A stretch of DNA of 64,000 nt, taken from Hormiphora californensis. Taxonomy: Eukaryota; Animalia; Ctenophora. The stretch covers positions 6,882,001-6,946,000 of the forward strand of contig CM035352.1 of assembly GCA_020137815.1 (NCBI GenBank), given 5' to 3'. Both the position numbers and the translations under genes were made by a program. The notes below the pieces were generated by a model. It ran no database searches, was not told where the DNA came from, and worked only from the letters and a program-made list of their open reading frames with translations. Positions 1 through 9,244 of this stretch are shown here, piece after piece; position 1 is the stretch's first letter, and each line of letters starts with the position of its first letter.

Positions 1-36
1 ACTCGGGATTCTGTCCAAAATTCTCAAATCTCAGCC

Positions 37-233
37 TCAAGACCGGGAAGTCTCAAGACCATGAAGATTTCTAACGTGAACTCGGAAATTATCCAGCCTG
101 TTCAGAATTTTTCCGCAAAGAGGACACTCGTATCGTTTTGGGGTCTGGTGGATGTTGGTGAGATGACGTTTCGCGGCTCCCGGGCAGCTGAACCGCTTGC
201 TGCAGATTTGGCACATCACTTTTTCTATGTAAC
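37..233 (-). CDS. Zinc-finger terminal exon 9 (two C2H2 fingers)
   Basis: TCTTTTACTAG|GT (phase 1). YIEKVMCQICSKRFSCPGAAKRHLTNIH...CPLCGKILNRLDNFRVHVRNLH, own stop. A further acceptor (TTTTGGACAG at 13-11) suggests the array runs off the window. Confidence 0.85.
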
Positions 234-348
234 CTAGTAAAAGATGTGTGCAAAAAATAAATAAAAACTAAATTAAGATGGGAATGTACACTCACTTTCT
301 AGCGAACAAATTAAATTGTTTATATTTTTTCAAGGAAAACTTTTTTCG

Positions 349-562
349 CTAAAGATCATAGTTTCTATGGTGGGCACGTCTGTAATGGTCTCTCAGAGTT
401 TCTTTACGAATGAATGTTTTCCGACAAATGGAACAGACAAAGTTTCTCTCTCTCAAATGAACCTCCTTGATATGTCGATTGATTTTCCATTTGCTGGCAT
501 TTTGGTAATCGCAGGAGGGGCATCCCTTCAACCGGACCTGGCACTGTGATCACCACCCAACA
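349..562 (-). CDS. Zinc-finger terminal exon 8 (two C2H2 fingers; needs one extra base near 531 to be in phase 1)
   Basis: CPSCDYQNASKWKINRHIKEVH...CSICRKTFIRKETLRDHYRRAH. Best acceptor is TTTGTGTGTGCAG at 565-563. As written the phase-1 frame hits TGA; one added T restores it. Confidence 0.7.
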
Positions 563-585
563 CTGCACACACAAACATACGGGTG

Positions 586-827
586 TTAGTCAACCATAAG
601 AACACCGGGAGGCAGTGGTTTGGCTGAACCGTTATGTACACTTCGCACGTGTCTCGCTAGGTTCTCATTTCTACTAAAAGTTTTCTCGCATATGTTACAC
701 TTGAATTGGCGTAGTTTTAGGTGGACTTCAGAGAGATGGCGACGAAGGGCTGCTTTGGGGACGGAAGAGCCCCCGGCTCCCCGGAACAGTGCCGTGCAAC
801 CCGGGTAGGGGCACCGCTGTACTGATT
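586..827 (-). CDS. Zinc-finger terminal exon 7 (two C2H2 fingers; absent from ORF track)
   Basis: TTTTTCTTCCAG|AA (phase 1). SVQRCPYPGCTALFRGAGGSSVPKAALRRHLSEVHLKLRQFKCNICEKTFSRNENLARHVRSVHNGSAKPLPPGVLMVD*. Confidence 0.85.
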
Positions 828-998
828 CTGGAAGAAAAATTAAAAACGATAAATGTATTGTGGGACGAATTTAAGAAGTGTATAGAATTACATTATAGAC
901 TAGTTACACACGTACAGACACTGTGCTATTCACTCTCTCTCTCTCGCTCATTAATTATATCTCGCAAGATTACATATGTCACCATTTAATTAAATTAA

Positions 999-1207
999 TC
1001 ACGGGAGGGGTGCTAGGCTGTGTGCAATAAATTGATGTCGTGTAAGAGTCTCTTTTCGTTTGAAAGAACAATGACAAAGATCACACGTAAAACGGCGCTG
1101 TTCAGTGTGCACTTCACGGATGTGTCTCTTCAAAATCCACCTTCGCCGGCTCACATTTCCCTTGGTATTCGCAAGGAAGGGGCAGTAGGGACATGGAATA
1201 CTATCAG
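999..1207 (-). CDS. Zinc-finger terminal exon 6 (two C2H2 fingers)
   Basis: CATATTTCAG|CT (phase 1). CPYCPF...LKRHIREVH...CDLCHCSFKRKETLTRHQFIAH, own stop. Confidence 0.85.
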
Positions 1208-1281
1208 CTGAAATATGGGACCAAGATATATATAACACTTTGTATGTGGACGCTCTAAATATTTAATATGTCACACTAAAT

Positions 1282-1448
1282 TTATTCGCTGTGGATATTT
1301 TGCATGTGTCTCTTTAGCACGTCTTTCCTAGCAAAAGCCTTTTGACAAAGTCTACAAATGTTCGATCGTTGATTAAGATGGCGGACCCGGATGTGACGGC
1401 GGAGGCCCGCTGAAGTACTGTAAACATTGTTACATATCTCACACACTA
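1282..1448 (-). CDS. Zinc-finger terminal exon 5 (two C2H2 fingers; absent from ORF track)
   Basis: ACATTTCAG|TA (phase 1). VCEICNNVYSTSAGLRRHIRVRHLNQRSNICRLCQKAFARKDVLKRHMQNIHSE*. The stop overlaps AATAAA. Confidence 0.85.
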
Positions 1449-1462
1449 CTGAAATGTTTATA

Positions 1463-1641
1463 TCATGAGGGGGTAGGAGGAGGGTGCTTCACACGCACGT
1501 GCCTATTCCGAACATCACTACGAGAAAATGATTTAGGACAATGCGGGCAGCAGTGGGACCGGACTTCGCTGTGTACAGTTTTTATATGCCGTCTCAGATC
1601 GCCAATTCGCTTCAGCACCTTGTTACACAGGGGGCACGGCC
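1463..1641 (-). CDS. Zinc-finger terminal exon 4 (two C2H2 fingers)
   Basis: TTATTCTCGCAG|GG (phase 1). PCPLCNKVLKRIGDLRRHIKTVH...CPHCPKSFSRSDVRNRHVRVKH, own stop. Confidence 0.85.
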
Positions 1642-1728
1642 CTGCGAGAATAATACGGGGGATCACTGAGTCTATGAGTTTTAGAAGTTGAGAGATCAGT
1701 TTAGAGGTGAAGTTGAGATCTACCCAGA

Positions 1729-1907
1729 TTAGAGTTGGACCTTGTGGACCACTTTAGCGTGTCTCGTTACACTGGATTTTCGTGTAAATTCCTTCTCGCA
1801 AATATGACATATAAATATATTCGATCGCTCGTGAACATCTTTTATGTGGTAGCTTAATCGGTGCTGGGACGGATATCGCTTGTGGCAGTGCGGGCATTCA
1901 AAGTCGC
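1729..1907 (-). CDS. Zinc-finger terminal exon 3 (two C2H2 fingers; absent from ORF track)
   Basis: CCTCCTTTTTCAG|GC (phase 1). DFECPHCHKRYPSQHRLSYHIKDVHERSNIFICHICEKEFTRKSSVTRHAKVVHKVQL*. Confidence 0.85.
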
Positions 1908-1988
1908 CTGAAAAAGGAGGAGGGGGAGAAATTTACCAAAAGTGTGCGGGGGACAATCTATGTTTGACAGGAGAAGTTGTGTGTGTTC

Positions 1989-2185
1989 CTACCTCCTGCG
2001 TCTTCCATCAATACTATGCATTACAGCCTGGTGCCTTGTCAGAGAGTTGAGGCGTGGGAAAGTTTTACAGCATATCTCACAAAGGTGGGTAATCTTCTGG
2101 TGTGCCTCCTTAATGTGGCGTCGGAGTGTGAAAGGAGAGGAGTATATCTTGTTACAGGTGTAACACTGTAATGTACCGTCCTGGC
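1989..2185 (-). CDS. Zinc-finger terminal exon 2 (two C2H2 fingers; absent from ORF track)
   Basis: CTCTCAACCAG|GC (phase 1). QDGTLQCYTCNKIYSSPFTLRRHIKEAHQKITHLCEICCKTFPRLNSLTRHQAVMHSIDGRRRR*. Confidence 0.85.
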
Positions 2186-2360
2186 CTGGTTGAGAGGTGA
2201 TCTAGCTCGCTCACAACACACAAAGGGAGAGGGAGAAAGAGGGTTGTGGAAAACAAAAAATACTGCTCTCTTTTGCGTAAAAACTAAACCAAATGTGTAC
2301 TACTTAAAAAACAGACCCATTCTCACACCCACAGTCATTCTTTCTCTCTCTCGTGTTTTT

Positions 2361-2506
2361 TCATCCCGTCCAAAAATGAGGATGTTGCTGCTTGAGGTGA
2401 CGCCTTAAGTTTTGAATTACATTCCGATTCCCCTTGAAGTACTTGCCACAGATGGTACAACACAGGCCCAATTTCTTGACCGACAAGGCAACTTTCTTGG
2501 CAGTCA
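2361..2506 (-). CDS. Zinc-finger terminal exon 1 (single BED-like finger)
   Basis: Acceptor CCCCATGCAG|TG (phase 1). CTICGKYFKGNRNVIQNLRRHLKQQHP followed by its own stop. Confidence 0.75.
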
Positions 2507-3540
2507 CTGCATGGGGGAGAGAGGGAGGGGAGAAAAGGAGCGAAATATATTCAGTTGTTCTAATTGTATCTTGTCTGTGTGTAACTACCACTCTTTCTCT
2601 CTCTCTCTGTTCTGTGCTCCCAAAAAAGGTCAAGGAGCAAGGCTGTGTGTGAGATGTGGCGGGCTGAGAGACTGCCACTTAGCCACACAAAGGGAAAGCC
2701 GCGCACAGGCCGCGCGCCCCTGGCTCACAACCCTCCACTTTATTTGTGTCCCGGCTACCAAATTTGCTAGTACCGAAGGGAGCCCGGGGGAGGTAATAAT
2801 GCCGCTCTGGAAACTTCTCCCCCCAAAGTAGTGGGAGAAAAAGGGGGGCAAGTTAGACACCACAGTCCACACAACACACAGATATATAATACACCACAAG
2901 AAAAATGTGAGGGGTATAAAGTGGTGATGTGATAAATAAAAGTATGGGAAATAAATATAACAATCACAAAAAACAGGAGTTATGAAAGGCGTCAAAACAC
3001 CCTGCATACACACACAAAGAACCCGGAATGTGTGTGTCGATTTGTGTTTTCTTCTCTTGTGTAAAGGGTGGGTCCCAAAAAAGATGTCTCTGGCACCACC
3101 CCAATCCGCATACGACCAGAGGAGAGGGAGATATAGAGATAGAGCTCATCATGTAGGGCACTAACTACGCACACACAAAAAAGATTCAAGATTAAAAGGA
3201 CCCTTCATCACATGTTCAGCATCGGGCACATCATGGAGAAAAAGAGAGATAACGAAAGAGAGAAAGGGAGAGAGAGAGAGAGATAATCATAACAAAAGGA
3301 CGAATTTTCCAAAATTAGGTCCCTATGCGTCCTACCTAACCTTAGGAGACCGGTGCAGCGGCAGAGGCAATGTGTGTGACACAATTGCAACTTTTGTCTA
3401 CCCTTACCTACGCAGGGGTGCTCAAGGGCAAAAGGCAGTCTATCAGTGGGTCTAGAGCACCAAATTTTATACAAGCTGTATCAGATAATTTAGCGTCGGG
3501 GGAGCACGACTTGGGGCCGACCTTGCAGACATGAGAGAGA

Positions 3541-3626
<86 letters not shown>

Positions 3627-4323
3627 TTGAGAGAGAAAGAGAGAAAGAGAGAGAGAGAAAGAGATAGTGGCATCAAAAAAGGGACCATATCATCACAAAA
3701 AAAAGAAATAAATGGCAGGTCGGCCCCTAAAATCAACCTGAATACACAAAAACACACTTTGTTCATTCAGGTTGTATATATTGGGGATGTGCGTGTACCG
3801 GCCTCAATCAATCAATAACGGACAGAAATACAACAACTTCACACACTGAAAATAGCACTCTTGCACCACTTACCTTCGTATTTCAGTAGAATAACGAACC
3901 CCCCACACACACATTCGGGGATAGTTGGTTGAGAGATAGAGATAGAGAGAGAGATGGTGTCTATTTGAAATCGGTAGAGAGAGAGGGATTCACACATTAC
4001 TCACTGTACATTTCGTCTCAACACTTTCCCAGCCCACACATTGCACTGTAGCACTTCCTTTTTTTACTCACATGCACATATTACACCGCACACACACAGC
4101 CCTTCCTTCTCTTTTTCTTTCAAATTTCTCCCTCACTTTACCGTTTCACTCACTTCTTCAAATAGTTCTCGTCTCTCTTCAAGTCTCTCACTCTCTACTC
4201 AAGGCATCCCATGTTTCTCACAGGCCAGTGTTACTCAGCTCACTCACACTTACAAGTCACACTTAGATCACTTACACAACACTCACACAGAGACACCGCA
4301 CCTGTCACAAACGAACACACGTT

Positions 4324-4413
<90 letters not shown>

Positions 4414-4715
4414 TTGGGCGCCAGTGTGAGAATCACCCATTGCCGCCGCGGTCTCTCACGAGTCACCTCAAAGACTTCCGCCGCCTGAGAGACCGCAACG
4501 GACAGAGGAAAAGAGAGAAAAATATTAGAAATGAAATGAGACAGAGAGAGAAGGTAAAATAAATAAAATGGTGGCAGGTACACGCACAGCCCCGGGGAGT
4601 ATTATAAAATACAGACAGAGAGGCCAGAGCCCCCAATTTAAAATTGGAGGCCCCGGCCCCACTCCCCATTATATAAACAAAGGGGTGAGGGGAACGACAA
4701 CGGGGCATGACTTAC

Positions 4716-4774
4716 TTGGATTGGTTTGTCCTTTCAAGTTCGATAAATTCAGTGCTGAGTCTCCGAGGTTTTTC
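4716..4774 (-). CDS. 59-nt adapter exon (phase 2 in, phase 1 out): (L)KNLGDSALNLSNLKGQTNP
   Basis: Flanked by CTTTCTCATATTCCAG| and |GTAAGT. Open in the frame set by the phase-2 donor at 7373 and exits in the phase needed by the zinc-finger cassettes. Confidence 0.7.
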
Positions 4775-5495
4775 CTGGAATATGAGAAAGGGATATGTTA
4801 GAGAGGGAGAAACAGAGAGAAAGAAAGGGGGGTGTCTTAGAGAGGGATAAAGGAGTGTGTTAGAGCGAGACGAGAGAGGGAGAAAGCTGTGAGATAAATA
4901 GGGAGAGCGAGACGAAAGGGAGAAAGGGAGAGTGAGAGACAGGGAGAGAAATGGGGGATGTGTTAGAGCGAGACGAGACACATGAGAGAGAAAAGTGTGT
5001 TAGAGGGAGCTGAGAGGGGTGTTGAGGAGGGAAGTGAAAAAGAAGAGCCACGTGGCGGTATGTAAGAGGGAGTCACAGGAGACCCTTCGCAGAGGTAAAC
5101 CAATTACCACTCACCCCCCAACCAGACCTTTTCTCCCCCTCCCTGTTTCAGACCCTCTTTCAACCCCTCCCTCCCTGTCTCGGACCCTCTGGCATCTACC
5201 CACCCCTACTGAATCACATCCTGTCCTCTAGGAGATGTGACATACATTGCAACTTTAGATCATAGAGCATGGACTATGCACCTGAGATGGATGGGGGTGT
5301 GACTGGAGATACGGAGTACCGTAATGTTTTCAGATATTGGAAAAGAAAGACATTCTCTCATAATATGGCGAATAAAGAACAGTTTACCCACAGTTTATGA
5401 AACTATCAGTGTAGTGTTCAAAAAATACTAATCGACACGAGATGTTTACTCTTGGTTTCATGCGGAATCATCATATCAATCTAAAACTATGTTGA

Positions 5496-5871
5496 TTAGT
5501 TTGATATTGGCATTCTATCACGGAAAGGTAACAGTTTCCCCTCACTAGCTAGTTTGGAAAGGACGCGTTTGTGTGACATGAGTTCCTCAGCACACATTTT
5601 TTGGAATTCAGCCGTGCTTTTGGAGATCTTGAAGAATCGTTTTGTAGTTTCACGGTCTACGATGTAAAGTTCTGCTACAGGACGATTCCTTGAGAAGTTT
5701 GAGTAGGACTTCCCTAACAGTTTGGTATGGCTAACATTATCCTTCTTGGACAACTCGAGGACGCTGCAATATTCTTCATAGCAGGATTCTGGAGTCCTAT
5801 TCCTTCTCTTGAAATGGAGACGATCCTCTGTGGAGGGCTCACGGGATACCTTGTTTCGTCGAGAATCGGGG
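5496..5871 (-). CDS. CCDC106-like terminal exon C
   Basis: Acceptor CTTCCCTCTCTTGCCGCAG|C (phase 2). Reads ...FKRRNRTPESCYEEYCSVLEL...RNRPVAELYIVDRE...EGKLLPF, resembling the CCDC106 C-terminal domain. Confidence 0.65.
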
Positions 5872-6070
5872 CTGCGGCAAGAGAGGGAAGTGGTAGATAG
5901 TGGTGTATAATTGTGGTCTTACATTATACCATTGCATAACACTCTATCTACCTGCTACCACTCCCTGACGTTTTTGATTTCGGTTTCTTTCTTACAAACT
6001 TTTGGAAAAAAATTAACCGATTTTTCAACCAACAACTAAATGATAACAAATGATTCAAACAAGTTCATTT

Positions 6071-6383
6071 CTAAGGATTGCGCCCAATTGCCTTCCCCTT
6101 CAAAACGAGAGTTCTCAACTTTGCAGCGATCTCCGCAGTCTTCAGTTCCTTAACGGCATATTTGGCCAGCTCCTGCTGCGTTTTACATGTCCGTGAGAGT
6201 TCTATATAAGTATCTGGAGCTGCTAGGGAAAGTTCAACTATCGCTTTCCTTCGGTAAAATCCAGCCTCATTAGTTTCAGTCCGAGTGATGACCTCTCTGA
6301 GACTTCTTCCTGATTGGATCTCTTTCAGGTAGTACTGGTATTCCTCGATTAGCTGTGCGTGAGTTAGACGTCTCCTCTTCACC
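6071..6383 (-). CDS. CCDC106-like terminal exon B
   Basis: 103-codon ORF with no Met. RRKAIVELSLAAPDTYIEL resembles the CCDC106 'PIAELLIVAPE' motif. Acceptor CCCCTAAG|G (phase 2). Confidence 0.65.
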
Positions 6384-6613
6384 CTTAGGGGGTAGGAGGG
6401 GGCTGTCAGGACTCAGGGAGTGGAGGCCATGAATGAAATTGTTAATTTACCAATCCAGTATATAATCCAATAATTACCACTGCATTTTTGATAATTGGAA
6501 AAGAAAGACACTTTCTATAATATTGTGAATAAAGAAACAATTTATGAATAAAACAAACAAAATTTTAGTGTTCATAAGGTGACAATGCAGAAAAGTTTTG
6601 AATGATTTCAAGT

Positions 6614-6942
6614 TCACTTCCGACGACGATTCCGTCCAATTGCCTTGCCCTCCGAAACGAGATCTCTCAACCGTGCAGCTATCTCTTCCGTCTTCAGTAT
6701 TTTAGCCGCCTTTCCTGGCCACCTCCAACTGAGTTGTACAGGTATTCAGCAGTTCCTTATAGAGACTTGGAGCCGCCAGGGAGAGCTCCACCATGGCTTT
6801 CCTTCTGTGAAACCCAGCCTCGTTAGTTTCTGTCCTTGTGATGATATTAATAAGGCTGCACCCAGACTTGACCTCCTTCAGGTAGTACTGGTATTCGGCC
6901 AACAGTTTCCCATAGTTTACGTTCAGGCGTCTCCTCTTCACC
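6614..6942 (-). CDS. CCDC106-like terminal exon A (one apparent +1 frameshift near 6711)
   Basis: KRRRLNVNYGKLLAEYQYYLKEVKSG...RRKAMVELSLAAPSLYKEL, continuing in another frame as AKILKTEEIAARLRDLVSEGKAIGRNRRRK*. Clear paralog of exon B. Acceptor CCTAAG|G (phase 2). CCDC106 similarity is from recalled motifs. Confidence 0.6.
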
Positions 6943-7372
6943 CTTAGGACAGGAGAGGGCTGTCAGGACTCAGGGAGTGGAGACGGAGACGGTTAGACCA
7001 TGGACGATAAGAAGATATTATTAGAGCGTGAAAAAGTGAGATGACATTGAATTCATATTACTTATTGGCTATTGCTCTATATATATTGAGAAATAGAAAT
7101 TGTGAATGCGGCTAGGACAATTAATAAAGCGAACATATAATGTGAACGTATCGTTTCGATATTTGATTATTAGTCGAATTCTGCAACTTTGCATAAATAT
7201 TGTGTAATCTGATTGTGTAATCTGATCAAAGCAAAGTGTTGATATGACCCCTACCCCCTCCAGGACGAATGCCAGGTTCCAATAAACTCTAACCCCTTTC
7301 CCTGTGACTTCCACCATAATCCCAAACATCCCCCTTACCCAAATTAAACCCTAAACAATCCCTAAAACTTAC

Positions 7373-8868
7373 AGAACATTGTCTGCCGACAGGTCGCTAG
7401 GTCCACCCGTATCATCAAGTGCCGCTCCGCTACTATTGAAGCTCCCCAACATCGACAACGGATTATTAGCACCGCGGTCCAGGAATGAGGGAGGAAGAGA
7501 GGATGGTGTGGCGGTGGGGATAAAGTTTTGTACTCCAACATTGTCATCGGTTCCGGAGATACTGCTCATGATTTGTTGGATTGTGTCGTGGGAAAGGAGG
7601 TCAGATGCACTTGTGTCAGCTTCATCCTCCTCCTTGATCTCAACAACCTGAGGGATGGATAATTGAGGGATAGGTAATTGAGGGAATAAGGATAGGTAAT
7701 TGAGGAATGAGGGATAGGTAATTGAGGGAATAGGGATAGGTAATTGAGGGATAGGTAATTGAGGGATAGGTAATTGAGGGTTAGGTAATTGAGGTAATTA
7801 GGTAATAGAGGGATAGGTAACAGAGGGAGTGTATCGTCAAACTAAATGAAAGACCACTTGTCGTGAAGCCTAATCTAGTTATATTTCATACCAAGTACCA
7901 CTGATAAAACAGAGGAACAAATTCACAAACCTCTGGTAGTGGGGCCTCGCTTTTAATTGATTCAGGAGCCTCTGCCACAGGCTGTACAACCATTGGTATA
8001 CTAGTCAGGGTGTTCTCGCTCGCTTGTCCGCCGGTACTATGCTGAGTTGATGGTAACTTTGCAGGCGGAGGGGGTGCAGTTCCTAACTCATCCTCTATGA
8101 TATGCGCTTTCTCGTTAATGATAGAGGGTGCAGAGGAGGAGGGAGTGATTTCCTCAGGTGGCTGATGGGCCGTGATATCATATTGGGGGGTTGAAGAGTA
8201 TCCGGGAGCTTGGTAGGAGGAGATTTGGGCGTTTGTTATCTCTCCAGTTATCTGCTCGAGTTCAGCGGAGAGAGCAGAGGGCTGAGGATCTAGCTCCATA
8301 TTAGTTGTTGCTGAAAGGGAGGGAGGGTTAAGGTTGTAATACTTCCCGCGAGATTAGAGATCCTATGAATACTTAATGAAGTTGTAGGAGTGATTGAAAA
8401 GTAAACCTGTGTCCCTGATGATGATGATGTGGTGGTCCGTGACTGTGAATATTTGCCAATGATCTGGTTTGAATGAGTGAAGAATTACCAGAAGCCGGAG
8501 AAGAGTTAGCTATTGCAGTCGCAGCAGCTACAACGGCTGCAGCGGGGGACATTTCTTCGTCAAGTTCCTCTGCACTCGCATCAGACACTGCCTCGATCAC
8601 CGGGGCCAGGTGTTGTACTGTAAAGGGATTGTTTTAGGGAGAGGCTAATATTTTAGAGAGAAAAGGGGGGTGGAGCTTAATAACACTTGTAGAACACCAC
8701 TCATGACTTACCAATAGAAATAACTCGGACAGCAGTATCAAGTAGAAACATAAGAAATTCATTGTCGGACTTCTGTTGGAAATGAAACTCCATCTTTTGT
8801 TTGAGATAGAAGTTGTGGACGTCATTGTTGTAGTAGATGGGAAGTGCAGAAGCTACTCCAGCGGCCAT
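7373..8868 (-). CDS. Common (constant) 5' coding exons of a putative multi-isoform DNA-binding protein gene: ex1 8868-8712, ex2 8617-~8407, ex3 8310-7931, ex4 7647-7373
   Basis: ATG at 8868 (MAAGVASALPIYYNNDVHNFYLKQKMEFHFQQKSDNEFLMFLLDTAVRVISI) ends at G|GTAAGT (phase 1). Acceptors are TTTACAG|, TTTCAG| and CCCTCAG|. Ex3 to ex4 is phase 0 and ex4 ends CT|GTAAGT (phase 2). The middle of the protein is an acidic/Pro/Ser/His-rich linker. The ex2/ex3 junction is off by one base (indel, or ex2 is itself an alternative exon). Confidence 0.75.
7658..7825. repeat. Intronic minisatellite (~17-nt GGGATAGGTAATTGA unit)
   Basis: About 8 degenerate tandem copies seen directly. Confidence 0.85.
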
Positions 8869-9244
8869 TTTATAGTCTACAGAAGTTCTAGAAAGGATGT
8901 TGGATTAGTGATGACAAATCAAACTCCAAACAAGTTTGAAGTTCAGGTGGGTGAAGGTCCAAACACTAAACAGTCGACAAGACAACGGTGGACGGCGATG
9001 AGAAACGTCTTCGCGAGCGAAACGAAAAAGTGAAAGGAGAGCGAGAAAATATTTTGAATTCAGTTTTTCGATTTTGAATTATTAATCGCGCGCGCGCGTG
9101 TAAGCCGCCGCGCCGCCTGGTTTTGCAGCGAAAGTATTAAGAATGAGCGCGTTACAACAAATTCAAACACTGAATCTAATTCTAAAACCGGTTAAGCAAT
9201 TAAAACACCTCACAAAACAATCTAAAAAGTACCCAACAATATTT

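Noticed and set aside
37-2506. A single poly-zinc-finger gene or pseudogene with internal stops
   Set aside because: Each unit has its own acceptor and a stop right after the fingers, with no donor to link consecutive units. This fits alternative last exons better.
2760-3480. Additional non-ZF phase-1 terminal exons near 3475, 3160 and 2815
   Set aside because: AG sites and short open frames exist, but there is no recognisable domain; cannot be distinguished from chance without transcripts.
3467-4583. ERERER/SLSLSL/HSLT ORFs here and elsewhere in the window
   Set aside because: Translations of GA/TC/TCAC microsatellites.
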